64,000 bases of DNA from Rhodospirillaceae bacterium (GCA_002721365.1 PBKC01000073.1:27225-91224), one strand, 5' to 3'; positions 43,870-53,291 are shown, counted from the stretch's first letter. Notes: generated by a model from the sequence alone, not told the origin. Program-made: numbers and translations.

Positions 43870-45906
43870 TCAGCGGGCCGCCGCCGCGTCCCGGATCGTC
43901 CGCTCGGTTGCGTCGTCCACCGCCAGGACGTTCTTGATGCCGCCGTCCAGGCTCTCCACCAGTCGTTTCAAACCTTCGGACGCTGTCGCCGGGTCGAGGA
44001 TCATGACCGAGCCCGAAAACCAGAGGCCCACCGGATCGTGACGGTTGTGGGTCAGCAGGCGCCCCGCCCATTGGCGGACGGCGGCCGTTTCTCCGCGATC
44101 GTTGAGCCAGGTGAGATAGAGATAGGCGATGTCGGAACGCCCGGGCGCCTTCCGTAGAAAGCTGTCGAGCCGTTCGGGCCACTGCGCGACGAGTCGGCTT
44201 CGGACGGAGTCCAGCGACGGCTCCTTGAGGGCGAAGACCAGATCGGTCGTCACCAGGAGAACCGCGACCTGCAGGCGAAGGCTCGCCCCCTTCGCCAATC
44301 GTGAATCCGCGGCACACAGAAGATCGGCAAAGCGTACGGCCTCGCCTTGCGTCGGTGGGGCACCCTGACGCGTTCTCTGCTCGACCATGTCCGAGAACCG
44401 GCGCAGCGCCACCGAGAGGTGGATGCCGCCGCGGCCGTGATCGTCCAGCAGGGCGGCGCAATCCGCGTTGGATACGGTCGGTCCGCCCGGCTCGGTCGCT
44501 CGCGTGTTCGCGCGTATCGCCTCCGATGCTTCGGCGGCGACAACCAGCGTGTCTCGGGCGGCGAATCCCTGGACGCAGGTCACGATGACCAGAACGGCCG
44601 CGATCAACGGCCTCATGACCGCCGCTCGTCGGGTGGGCGAAGGCATGGGAACCTTGGCGAGGCCGGCGATCGCCAACGCGAAGAACGGCACGCTGCCGGG
44701 CAGCTGGAACCAGAGTGCGGAGAGCGCTGTCACCATGGCCGCAAACACCCCGGCCGTGCGGATTTCACGGCGTCGACAGCAGAGCGGCACGGATATCGGG
44801 AGCGCCCAGGCCAGCAGCAAGCCGATGATTCCGGAGGCGAGCAGACTTTCGATCAGGAAGTTGTGGCTGTGGAAATGGACTTGCCGTCGCACGCCGTCCC
44901 AGTCTGCGGTCCCGGCGAACCCTTGCAGGTCGATTCGCTCGATCGGCATGTGGGCGACGACCGAATCGGCGTGGTGCCCCCAGCCTTGACCGGTGAGGAG
45001 GATCGTCGGGTCGGAGGCCAGTGTGCGGCTGGCGATGATCTGGTGGAGATAACGGGACTCGATCGCGGCCTCCATGCCGCGGCTGCCGACCGCATAGACC
45101 GCCGCCGTAGCTGCCAGCGGCGCCAGGATCGCTGCGATCACCGCCAGCCACCGACACAACCGTTCGCGCCTGCGGACGAGCCATAGAACGGACCATGTGG
45201 CGGGCACCGCGGTGACTGCCAGTGCGATGGCCGCCCTGTTGCCCGAGATCACGATGATCGCAAGCCCGAGCAGAACGGTAAGCCAGCGCATCGACGATCG
45301 GCGCGGCCGGATCATCGTTAGAACGATGACCACCAGATCGACGGCGAAGAAGGCAAGGTAGTCGTAAAACCAGAACGGCGCCCACGCCCAATGGGCCTGG
45401 GTATGCAGGGTGAGGCCCGTAACCGCAAGGGTGCTGGCCAGCGCGAACCAGCCGACCGCTTGGCGCAGCCGTCGGATCCGCATCACCATCAGGCCGCCGG
45501 CGATCAGCGTGGCGAGGTCGAGAAACCAGATGGCACCTTCGCCGAGCTCCGGGGTGCCGAACAAGGAAAGCTGCGGCATGGCGTCGAAAGGCGAGACGGC
45601 GAGGCTCCAAAGCCCCAGCGCCGCCGGCAGAAGGACGAATGGATGCGTCAATGATCGCAACGTCCGTCGATGGCCGCCCCAGGCCATCAGCGCGAGGCCC
45701 AGGGCGGTCAGCGCCGAAACCCCGTGCAGCCCCGCCGTCACCGGCTCGGACTGGAACCACCAGCCGATCTGGAACGGCGGCAGCGCCAGGAAAACGATGA
45801 GCAGCCCGGCCGCGACACCGAGCGTCGTCAGGCCGAGGCCGATTCGTGTCGGCCAGGCCGTAGGACGAGCGCTGGGGAAAGGCGTTGCGGCTGCCGACGT
45901 CAGCAC
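43870..45906 (-). CDS. O-antigen ligase/polymerase (Wzy_C) family membrane protein with helical-repeat C-terminal domain
   Basis: GTG start. More than 10 TM helices. A periplasmic loop carries GWGHHADSV...HFHSHNFLIESLLASGIIGLLL, the Wzy_C signature region. A ~230-aa soluble helical C-terminal region follows. Confidence 0.82.
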   Translation of the reverse strand: MLTSAAATPFPSARPTAWPTRIGLGLTTLGVAAGLLIVFLALPPFQIGWWFQSEPVTAGLHGVSALTALGLALMAWGGHRRTLRSLTHPFVLLPAALGLWSLAVSPFDAMPQLSLFGTPELGEGAIWFLDLATLIAGGLMVMRIRRLRQAVGWFALASTLAVTGLTLHTQAHWAWAPFWFYDYLAFFAVDLVVIVLTMIRPRRSSMRWLTVLLGLAIIVISGNRAAIALAVTAVPATWSVLWLVRRRERLCRWLAVIAAILAPLAATAAVYAVGSRGMEAAIESRYLHQIIASRTLASDPTILLTGQGWGHHADSVVAHMPIERIDLQGFAGTADWDGVRRQVHFHSHNFLIESLLASGIIGLLLAWALPISVPLCCRRREIRTAGVFAAMVTALSALWFQLPGSVPFFALAIAGLAKVPMPSPTRRAAVMRPLIAAVLVIVTCVQGFAARDTLVVAAEASEAIRANTRATEPGGPTVSNADCAALLDDHGRGGIHLSVALRRFSDMVEQRTRQGAPPTQGEAVRFADLLCAADSRLAKGASLRLQVAVLLVTTDLVFALKEPSLDSVRSRLVAQWPERLDSFLRKAPGRSDIAYLYLTWLNDRGETAAVRQWAGRLLTHNRHDPVGLWFSGSVMILDPATASEGLKRLVESLDGGIKNVLAVDDATERTIRDAAAAR

Positions 45907-45935
45907 GATAGGGGGCCGGCGTTCAGCTCAGTCGC

Positions 45936-46952
45936 TCAGTTGGACCGGGCGGCCGGACTCTTCGCGCCGCCCAGATGCAGGGCGCCGAGGCTCCGGCGCC
46001 ACGCGATTCCGGCGCCGACGAGAATGAACCGCGCCATCACGATTCCGGTGACGAGGGTCATGAAGCTCGACGGATAATAGCGGGTGAAGTGCTTGCGCAG
46101 GAAACGGACCAGCGAGCGATGTTTGGCGTAGGCGACGCGGAACGGCGCCCGCCGGCTGCAAACGCCCTGGGTATGCTCGACCACCGCATGAGGAACGAAG
46201 ACGATCCGCCATCCTGCCGCGGTGAAGCGGAGGCACCAGTCCAGGTCCTCGAAATGCATGAAGTAGTCGCCGTCCATCATGCCGACGCTGGCGAGCGCAT
46301 TCCGCCTCACCATCATGCAGGCCCCCGAGATCGCCTGAACCGCCGTCGACTTCTCAGGCAGGGGGTCGGCGTTGCGGTTGAAGTCGCGGAACCTCGGATG
46401 CTCCGGCATCAGCCGGTGCAGCCCCAGCGTTGTGCAGAAGATACGCCACGGGTTTGGAATATCGCGCCGTGCGCCCCGCTGCTCGCTCCCGTCTGGATTG
46501 ACGACGCGTGGTCCGACCATGCCGGCGCTGGGATCCTTTTCCAACATGCCCTTGAGAGCGGCCAAGGCTCCCGGATAGACGCGGCAGTCAGGATTGATGA
46601 GGGCGAGGAACTCTCCCTCCGCAAGGCGGATGCCCTCGTTGCAGGCGTTGGCGAACCCCGTGTTGTCCCCGAGCCTCACGATCTGAAGCGCGTGGTGCTC
46701 GCTATCCGGGAGGCGCGACAAGCTGTCGTCGGTCGAATCGTTGTCGACGACGATGATTTCGTGGGGAATGCGGCTCGCAACGACGCTGGCGACCGCATCG
46801 GCCAGGTACCGACCGGCATTGTAGTTGACGATGATCACCGATATCAGGCCCTTCCGGATCTGCGCCGGAAAGTCGGTCACCTCGGGTATCGGCGGCTCGG
46901 AACGGGGCGGCTTGGCAGTGGCGGGCACCGGCACGGGAGAGGTGGTCTCCAT
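45936..46952 (-). CDS. Family 2 glycosyltransferase
   Basis: ISVIIVNYNAGRYLADAVASVVAS...IIVVDNDSTDDS contains the DxD region. GACMMVRRNAL...FMHFEDLDWCLR follows. Confidence 0.92.
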   Translation of the reverse strand: METTSPVPVPATAKPPRSEPPIPEVTDFPAQIRKGLISVIIVNYNAGRYLADAVASVVASRIPHEIIVVDNDSTDDSLSRLPDSEHHALQIVRLGDNTGFANACNEGIRLAEGEFLALINPDCRVYPGALAALKGMLEKDPSAGMVGPRVVNPDGSEQRGARRDIPNPWRIFCTTLGLHRLMPEHPRFRDFNRNADPLPEKSTAVQAISGACMMVRRNALASVGMMDGDYFMHFEDLDWCLRFTAAGWRIVFVPHAVVEHTQGVCSRRAPFRVAYAKHRSLVRFLRKHFTRYYPSSFMTLVTGIVMARFILVGAGIAWRRSLGALHLGGAKSPAARSN

Positions 46953-47067
46953 CGATAATGCATCCTGCCCCCGGTCGACTCCGTCGCGCCGCAGGGCAAT
47001 CCCGACGTGAATATGCTATCACCCGCGCAACGGGAAAACCAATATCACTCCGAGAGATACGTCAGGC

Positions 47068-48441
47068 ATGACTGAGGAGCGCGACCGAAATCCGTCGCTG
47101 TCGATCATCGCGCGCGTCGCCGCCGCTTCGGTTCGCGCGAAATATCACCTCGGACGGGTTTCAGGCGGGCTGCTGCTGGCTGGCGCGGTCCTCGATCCGT
47201 TCGTCTATGCCGGCATCCTCTATTTCGTGCTGGCGGCCGTGTTCGAGCGATCGGGATTCGACCGCTTCCAGTTTCTGCTGATCGGTTTCATCTCGTTCCG
47301 GTGGACGTTCAGCTGCCTGCTCGACGCCACGAACTTCATCGAACTTCGCGAGCGCATGCGCGAAACCACCGCCACCCCGGCGATGGCGGCATTGGCGGTG
47401 ATCCTCGCGCCGCCGACGCTGGTCTTCTTCCTGTCGCTTCTTACCGCCATTCTGTTCTCGCTCATCTGGAACGCGCCCGAGCAGAGTTTTGCCGCGCTGG
47501 GTTGGCTGTTTCTGATCGTGCCGATCCAGGCGATCTGGAACGCGACGCTGATTCTGCTGCTGGACCGGCTGAAGGCGCGCGGCATCCTCTCGACGGACAC
47601 GCCGCTGATCGTCGTGGCAGCCGTCCTGTGGATCATGTCGCCGACGATGTATCGGTTTGAGGAGGTGCCGACGGCTTACAACGAGCTGTTCACGACCTTC
47701 AATCCGGCTTCTCACATGTTGGCCGCCTACCAGAACAGCTACTGGTTCGGGTTGCCGATCAGCCTGAAGGTGATTCCCGCCGCCGGGGTGCTGGGGCTGG
47801 TTCTGCTCTACCTGATGCGGGATCGCCGACCATCGTGGCAGAGCAGGGGGACGCGTGCCGAAGGGGGGGCGACCGACCGCGTTCCGAGGCTCGTGGTGAC
47901 GACGCGGAAGGATATGCCCGGCGGGCGTTATGTGGCCGATGACGGTGCCGTGGTCTTCGAGCCGTGGCGGGGGCAGACCAAGAACCTGCGCGGGGAGGAC
48001 GTGGCACGGCTGGTGGCTGCCTCCTGGTCCGACACCATGGAGGAGACGCGCAAGGCCACCGGGGCGATCCGGCAGACGTCCGGGCTCGAACGGTTGTACG
48101 AGGACGATCTCGCCATCTATCCGGACTGGGCGCTTGGACAACTCACCTTCGCGACGGCCGTTACCTCATCGCTTCCTCGGATCGTTCTGGACGGCGTGCT
48201 GGACAGCGCCGAGCCCAGCTTCGTGCGGGACGCTTGGCGCAGGCTCGAAGAAGAGGCTTTGGCCGGCCGGGCGATCACGGTAGTGACGTACCGGCTTCTG
48301 ACCTTGCCGGAAGGTGCCCGGGGACGGTTCGAAGTTCTGCGCGGAGGTACGGTCACGCGGACCGGCGGTATCGGTCCGGACCTCGACGAAACCTACAGGT
48401 ATTTCCGAGACACCGGCCTGCTACCCGATGACCCGGTCTAG
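47068..48441 (+). CDS. ABC-2 type polysaccharide-export permease (Wzm/KpsM-like) fused to a degenerate nucleotide-binding-domain-like C-terminal region
   Basis: Residues 1-250 form a six-helix ABC-2 permease pattern. Residues ~251-457 are soluble and align by eye with the C-terminal two thirds of Wzt/TagH-type NBDs, but with the catalytic motifs replaced (see finding). Confidence 0.8.
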   Translation: MTEERDRNPSLSIIARVAAASVRAKYHLGRVSGGLLLAGAVLDPFVYAGILYFVLAAVFERSGFDRFQFLLIGFISFRWTFSCLLDATNFIELRERMRETTATPAMAALAVILAPPTLVFFLSLLTAILFSLIWNAPEQSFAALGWLFLIVPIQAIWNATLILLLDRLKARGILSTDTPLIVVAAVLWIMSPTMYRFEEVPTAYNELFTTFNPASHMLAAYQNSYWFGLPISLKVIPAAGVLGLVLLYLMRDRRPSWQSRGTRAEGGATDRVPRLVVTTRKDMPGGRYVADDGAVVFEPWRGQTKNLRGEDVARLVAASWSDTMEETRKATGAIRQTSGLERLYEDDLAIYPDWALGQLTFATAVTSSLPRIVLDGVLDSAEPSFVRDAWRRLEEEALAGRAITVVTYRLLTLPEGARGRFEVLRGGTVTRTGGIGPDLDETYRYFRDTGLLPDDPV

Positions 48442-48745
48442 CCGCCTGATTATCGGCTCTCTGGTCATGGCTGCGACCATCGGCCTTTACGTCGTCTCAG
48501 CCCTCGACTCGCCCGTTCTGAATGCCGACCGTCGGCATGAACAACAGCGTCTGCTTCAGGAACGCGCGGCCGCCGCTCATGACGAGGCCGATGAACGCGC
48601 GCTCGCCGAAGCGTATTGGACCCGTTATCCGGACGTGGCGAAAAGCGATGCCTTCGGCCGTGGCGGGCAGCTAGGCGTTTACGGCGCCCGCGAGCACTAC
48701 CAGCGCTATGGGCGAACGGAAGGGCGCAAATGGGGGCTGGAATAG
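48428..48745 (+). CDS. Small membrane-anchored protein with Y-x3-YPDV...HY-x3-G-x2-EGR motif
   Basis: ATG at 48428 overlaps the upstream gene by 14 nt. TM helix LIIGSLVMAATIGLYVV. AEAYWTRYPDVAKSD...GAREHYQRYGRTEGRKW is a motif I associate with glycan-biosynthesis accessory proteins. Its 3' end overlaps the next gene by 16 nt. Confidence 0.6.
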   Translation: MTRSSRLIIGSLVMAATIGLYVVSALDSPVLNADRRHEQQRLLQERAAAAHDEADERALAEAYWTRYPDVAKSDAFGRGGQLGVYGAREHYQRYGRTEGRKWGLE

Positions 48746-49620
48746 CGCCTGACGGTCCGGTTCTGGTCACCGGCGCGTCCGGGCAGGTCGGGGAAGGTGT
48801 GGTCGATCGGCTGCGAGCCGCCGGCCGGCCGGTAATCGCCCTCCGTCACCGTTCGGACGTCGCCGCCCGATGGCCCGGCATCGACTGGGTCGCGGCCGAT
48901 CTCAAGAACGGCACCGTCGATTTTGGCGGGCGTCGGCCGGTCGCGGTGGTTCACGCGGCCGGGCTTTGGATGTTGCCGCCGCATCTCCCGGGGTTGATCG
49001 AGGCCGGCGTTCGGCGGGTGGTCTGTTTCGGCTCCACCTCTCTGTTCGGCAAGCTGGGCTCGGTCGATTCCGCCGAACGGCGCATGGTCGAACGCCTCGC
49101 CACGGCCGAAGCGGCGGTCGCCGAGATCTGCGATGCGGCCGCTATAGCCTGGACGGTGCTGCGGCCGAACCTGATCTATGGCCGCGGGACCGACCGGAAC
49201 GTCACCAGCGCCGCCCGTTTCATCCTGCGGACAGGGGTCTATCCGATCGCGGCGCCCGCAAGCGGATTGCGACAACCGGTGCATGCCGACGACCTGGGGG
49301 CAGCGGCCATCGCGGCGCTGGAGGCGCCCGCGACCGCCGGCCGGGCCTACAATCTGGGTGGCGGCGAGACCCTTACCTATCGTGAGATGATCGGCCGCAT
49401 CTTCGATGCTCTCGGCAAGCCGCGCCGGTTGCTGCCGGTTCCGGGGCTCGCTTCGCTGGTCGGCGCGGCGGGCGTTCTACTCCGCAAACCGTCGCTCAAT
49501 GCCGATGTCATCCGGCGGATGAACCGCGATCTCGCCTTCGACGACGGTGCTGCCGGCCGCGACTTCGGCTATGCCCCACGGCCTTTCCTGTCAGGCGGTC
49601 GTGCCGACCTTGGATTGTAG
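48730..49620 (+). CDS. NAD-dependent epimerase/dehydratase family protein
   Basis: ATG at 48730. VLVTGASGQVGEGVVDRL is the Rossmann GxxGxxG motif. The remainder is SDR-extended-like. Confidence 0.82.
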   Translation: MGAGIAPDGPVLVTGASGQVGEGVVDRLRAAGRPVIALRHRSDVAARWPGIDWVAADLKNGTVDFGGRRPVAVVHAAGLWMLPPHLPGLIEAGVRRVVCFGSTSLFGKLGSVDSAERRMVERLATAEAAVAEICDAAAIAWTVLRPNLIYGRGTDRNVTSAARFILRTGVYPIAAPASGLRQPVHADDLGAAAIAALEAPATAGRAYNLGGGETLTYREMIGRIFDALGKPRRLLPVPGLASLVGAAGVLLRKPSLNADVIRRMNRDLAFDDGAAGRDFGYAPRPFLSGGRADLGL

Positions 49621-49783
49621 GAAGTCGCGATACCGGCTCGCGCCCCGGCAAAAATGGATTCCGTCATGTATTCCTGTTATTTAACGGGAGAACGCGGCTT
49701 CAGCGGCCGCAGAGCTTGATCGTCGGGCATTCGAGGGCCCGACACGGGTCGTCGCGGAACGCGGGCGGCTACCGGGAGTTGCG

Positions 49784-51211
49784 ATGGCGATAGCGCGCGG
49801 TCGCGGTCAAAGCCGCGGACCCGACATATGGCCGGGCTTCGTCGACGCCCTGTCGACGTTGCTGATGGTCATCATCTTCCTGTTGATGCTGTTCTTCCTC
49901 GCCCAGTTCTTTCTCGGCGAGGCACTGTCCGGGCGCGACGCCGCATTGCAGCGTCTGACGGAGCAGGTGAACGAGCTCACGGAACTTCTGTCGCTCGAGC
50001 GGCAGGCGAATGCGGATCTGCGCCTGAGCGTCGCCCAGCTTTCGGCCGAGCTTCAGGATTCGACGGCGGCGCGGGACGACCTGAACAGCGCTCTGGCCGT
50101 GTCGAAACGTCAGCAGGAGGATCTGCAGCGGCGCCTCGACATGATCCTGTCCCAGCGCGCCGACCTGGCGGACAAGGTCGAGTCGGAATCCGAGAACGCC
50201 CGGTCGATGCAGGTCGAGCTGGAGGAGTTGCGTGCCGCACGGGCCGAGCTCGAAAGCAAGCTCGCTGCCGATAAGGAAACCATCGACCTCCAGATGCGGG
50301 AACTCGTCAGCCTGCGTCGCGATGTCGCCGCATTGCGCAAACTGCGCTCGGAACTCGAGACCGAGGTCAACCGACTGGCGACGACCCTGATGTCGGCCAA
50401 TGAGGAACTCACCACTCTGCGCGACCGGCGCAAGGAACTGGAAGCCAAGCTGAGCACGGAAGAAGAGCGTACCGCCCTCGCTCAGAAAGAGATCGACGAC
50501 AAGGACGTCCGCATCGCCGAGCTGCAGAGCCAGGTCGAGGAGACGTCGGGCGCGCTCGACCGCGAACGTCTCCAGAGCGCTCAGGCGCAGGAGATGGTGG
50601 AGCGGCTGAACCAGCAGATCACCCAGCTCCGGGATCAGCTGGCGCGAATCCAGGCGGCGTTGGAAGCGTCGGAGGAAAAGGTTCGCGACCAGAACATCCA
50701 GATCGCCGATCTGGGCCGTCGGCTCAACGTCGCTCTCGCCAACAAGGTCGAGGAACTGGCGCGCTACCGGTCGGAGTTCTTCGGCCGCCTGCGCGAAATT
50801 CTCGGCGGCCGGCAGGATGTCCGCATCGAAGGCGACCGCTTCGTCTTTCAGTCGGAGGTGCTGTTCGATCCCGGCTCGGCGGACCTGGGTGAGGGAGCGA
50901 AGACCCAGCTCGCCGATCTGTCGGAGGCGCTGCTCGACATCGCTGCCAAGATCCCGGACGACATCAACTGGATTCTTCAGGTCGAAGGCCACACCGACAA
51001 GCGGCCGATCAGCAGCTCGATCTACCCGTCGAACTGGGAGCTGTCGACCGCGCGCGCGGTGTCGGTCGCCAAATACCTGATCAGCCAGGGCGTGCCGCCG
51101 TCGCGGATCTCAGCGGCCGGTTATGGCGAGTATCAGCCGATCGACCCGGGCGATGACGAAATCGCCTATCGCCGCAACCGGCGCATCGAGCTCAAGCTGA
51201 CCTCGCGCTGA
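49784..51211 (+). CDS. Membrane-anchored coiled-coil protein with C-terminal OmpA/MotB peptidoglycan-binding domain
   Basis: GGGAG RBS. MotB-like N-terminus (WPGFVDALSTLLMVIIFLLMLFF). About 280 aa of heptad-rich coiled coil. OmpA_C-like end (VEGHTDKRPI...SNWELSTARAVSVAKYL...AGYGEYQPI...NRRIELKL). Confidence 0.9.
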   Translation: MAIARGRGQSRGPDIWPGFVDALSTLLMVIIFLLMLFFLAQFFLGEALSGRDAALQRLTEQVNELTELLSLERQANADLRLSVAQLSAELQDSTAARDDLNSALAVSKRQQEDLQRRLDMILSQRADLADKVESESENARSMQVELEELRAARAELESKLAADKETIDLQMRELVSLRRDVAALRKLRSELETEVNRLATTLMSANEELTTLRDRRKELEAKLSTEEERTALAQKEIDDKDVRIAELQSQVEETSGALDRERLQSAQAQEMVERLNQQITQLRDQLARIQAALEASEEKVRDQNIQIADLGRRLNVALANKVEELARYRSEFFGRLREILGGRQDVRIEGDRFVFQSEVLFDPGSADLGEGAKTQLADLSEALLDIAAKIPDDINWILQVEGHTDKRPISSSIYPSNWELSTARAVSVAKYLISQGVPPSRISAAGYGEYQPIDPGDDEIAYRRNRRIELKLTSR

Positions 51212-51254
51212 GGAAGACGCGCCGGCGACCGGGATCGCGCGAGGCGATCGCGCT

Positions 51255-52235
51255 TTAACCGCCGATCTTGTTCGCCAGTTCGGGGATCGCCTTCACCACG
51301 CCGTCGAGAATGCCGGGTTCGGAAATGGCGTGGCCGGCATCCGGCACCAGCCGCAGCTCGGCCGCGGGCCACCGTTTGGCGAGTGCGGCGGCGTTGGTCG
51401 GTGGGCAGAGCATGTCGTAGCGGCCCTGCACGATGATGCCCGGAATGTCGGCCAGCCGCTCGGCGCGGTCGAGGAGTTGCCCCGGAGCCATGAAACAGTC
51501 GTGCCGAAAATAGTGCCATTCGACGAAGGGCGTGTTCGGGCTCGGGGAGTCGGCCGTGACCGTGTCGTCGTAAAGCGCCGTGGGTAGCGTGAAGCGGGAA
51601 GGCTTCAGGACCGACAGTGCCTGCTCGAAGTCGTGCCAGATCCGCGCTGCCGGCAGGCTGACCCGCGGGTCGGGATCGAGAAGCCGGCTTCCATAGGCGG
51701 TCAGAGGGTCGCCGCGTTCTTCCGCGGGCAAGGGTGCCACGAAAGCGCGCCACAGCTCGGGGAAGAACGTGCGCGCGCCGGCGCCGAACGCCCAGTCGAC
51801 CTCCGCCCGGCTGCCTAGGAAGACCGCCCGCAATACCAGCCCCGTCACCCGGTCCGGATGGTCCTCGGCATAGGCGAGAGCCAAAGTCGACCCCCAGGAT
51901 CCGCCGACCACCATCCAGCGTTCGATCCCGAGGGTGGCGCGAATCACCTCCATATCCTCGACCAGCGCCGGGGTCGTGTTCTCCTCCAGCCTGCGCTTCG
52001 GCGTACTGCGGCCGGCACCCCGCTGGTCGAACAGCACCATGCGGAACCGCTGCGGATCGAACAGCCGACGCTGATCCGGGCGGCAGCCGCTTCCCGGCCC
52101 TCCATGCAGGAAGACGACGGGTGTGCCCTCCGGATTGCCGGCTTGTTCGACATAGAGCGTGTGGCCGCCGCCGACCGGCAGCATGCGCGTATCGAATGGG
52201 TCGACCAGGCGGTGAAGGAGAGGTTTGTCGGACAT
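51255..52235 (-). CDS. pip: Prolyl aminopeptidase (proline iminopeptidase)
   Basis: ORF trimmed to the ATG at 52235. LYVEQAGNPEGTPVVFLHGGPGSG...FDQRGAGRSTP...GGSWGSTLALAYA is the serine elbow GGSWG. Confidence 0.92.
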   Translation of the reverse strand: MSDKPLLHRLVDPFDTRMLPVGGGHTLYVEQAGNPEGTPVVFLHGGPGSGCRPDQRRLFDPQRFRMVLFDQRGAGRSTPKRRLEENTTPALVEDMEVIRATLGIERWMVVGGSWGSTLALAYAEDHPDRVTGLVLRAVFLGSRAEVDWAFGAGARTFFPELWRAFVAPLPAEERGDPLTAYGSRLLDPDPRVSLPAARIWHDFEQALSVLKPSRFTLPTALYDDTVTADSPSPNTPFVEWHYFRHDCFMAPGQLLDRAERLADIPGIIVQGRYDMLCPPTNAAALAKRWPAAELRLVPDAGHAISEPGILDGVVKAIPELANKIGG

Positions 52236-52394
52236 CGGGGACTGCGAGCTCGAGCGGCGGATGGCGTTGTGTGCCTCTTCGACGGCATCCGCGCTCGCTC
52301 CCCGACCGGATGACTGAGGTCCGGGCGACGACCAGCGCGACTCTGCTGATATAGCCCGGACTACCGCTATCAACAAGGTTGCCCGCACGGCGGC

Positions 52395-52423
52395 TTGTCA
52401 CCGGAGGGCGGGTTGGTTATATA
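52395..52423 (+). promoter_or_regulatory. Candidate sigma70-type promoter for rpmE
   Basis: TTGTCA (52395-52400), then 17 nt, then TATATA (52418-52423), about 130 nt upstream of the rpmE ATG. Confidence 0.45.
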
Positions 52424-52551
52424 CGCGCTTTCCCGGAACCTGGTTTGCGCTCGCGGATGGCTCGGCGCCGCGACCAGGTCGCGATTTCGTTTCGGAGTGC
52501 CGCCGTCGGCTTCTTTGGCCGGCGTGCGATCGTTCCGTATGGAGCATGGCC

Positions 52552-52776
52552 ATGAAGAAAGATATCCACCCCGACTATCACGAGATCACGGTCGTGATGA
52601 CGGACGGTACCGAGTTCAAGACCCGGTCGACCTGGGGGCAGCCGGGCGACACGATGCGTCTGGACGTGGACCCCAAGACCCATCCGGCCTGGACCGGCGG
52701 CACGGCCCGCCTTGTCGACACCGGCGGTCAGGTGGCGCGGTTCAACAAGCGCTTCGCGGCGTTCAAGCTGTCCTGA
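52552..52776 (+). CDS. rpmE: 50S ribosomal protein L31 (Cys-less form)
   Basis: [29 protein letters not shown]...HPAWTGG...RFNKRF. I prefer the ATG at 52552, with GGAG 8 nt upstream, over the ATG at 52546. Confidence 0.93.
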   Translation: MKKDIHPDYHEITVVMTDGTEFKTRSTWGQPGDTMRLDVDPKTHPAWTGGTARLVDTGGQVARFNKRFAAFKLS

Positions 52777-52819
52777 GCGCCGGCCCCCTTTACCGGGGGC
52801 TCGGGCTTAGTCCTCTTCT

Positions 52820-53266
52820 TCAGCCTGCGTCGACCACGAGCCGCTCCAGCGCGGCTCGGATCGACGCGGGAATGGGGACGGTGCGGCTCTGCTCCGTCCG
52901 GTCGACGAAGACATGGACGAAATGGCCGACCGCCGCCGCGTCCTCGTCCTTTCCTTTGAACAGCCCGATTGACCAGGTGACTGCCCGGTTGCCAAGGCGG
53001 GTGACGCTCATTCCGGCTTCGATGATGTCCGGGAACCGCAGCGGCGCGAAATAGCGGCACCGGGTTTCGGCGACCAGGCCGATGGCGTCTGCCTCCGCGA
53101 AGCGGAAATCGCCCTCTTCCACCATGTAGCGGTTCACCGCCGTGTCGAGCAGCTGGTAGTAGACCACGTTGTTCATGTGGCCGTAGATGTCGTTGTCGTT
53201 CCAGCGCGTCTGCATGACCATGAAATAGGGGAAGTCGCTGCGGCGCGGGCGCGTGTCGTCGGTCAT
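52820..53266 (-). CDS. Acyl-CoA thioesterase, 4HBT/YbgC-like hot-dog fold
   Basis: VMQTRWNDNDIYGHMNNVVYYQLLDTAVNRYM matches the 4HBT catalytic-region pattern. Confidence 0.85.
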   Translation of the reverse strand: MTDDTRPRRSDFPYFMVMQTRWNDNDIYGHMNNVVYYQLLDTAVNRYMVEEGDFRFAEADAIGLVAETRCRYFAPLRFPDIIEAGMSVTRLGNRAVTWSIGLFKGKDEDAAAVGHFVHVFVDRTEQSRTVPIPASIRAALERLVVDAG

Positions 53267-53291
53267 GCCCCAGATGTCTCCTCTCAGGGCG

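Noticed and set aside
42134-44461. 775-aa minus-strand ORF
   Set aside because: It is antisense to the sulfatase-like gene and off-frame with the ligase gene. The product is Arg/Pro/Gly-rich and has no motifs.
51166-52401. 411-aa and 377-aa minus-strand ORFs extending upstream of the proline iminopeptidase start
   Set aside because: The 51166-52401 ORF is in the wrong frame and is Arg/Pro/Gly-rich. The 51255-52388 ORF is the correct frame, but its first 51 codons lack homology and an RBS. Pip conservation starts at the ATG at 52235.
52783-52800. Short hairpin GCCCCC-TTTACC-GGGGGC between the convergent rpmE and thioesterase genes
   Set aside because: The stem is only 6 bp and no adjacent U-run is present on either strand, so it is too weak to call a terminator.
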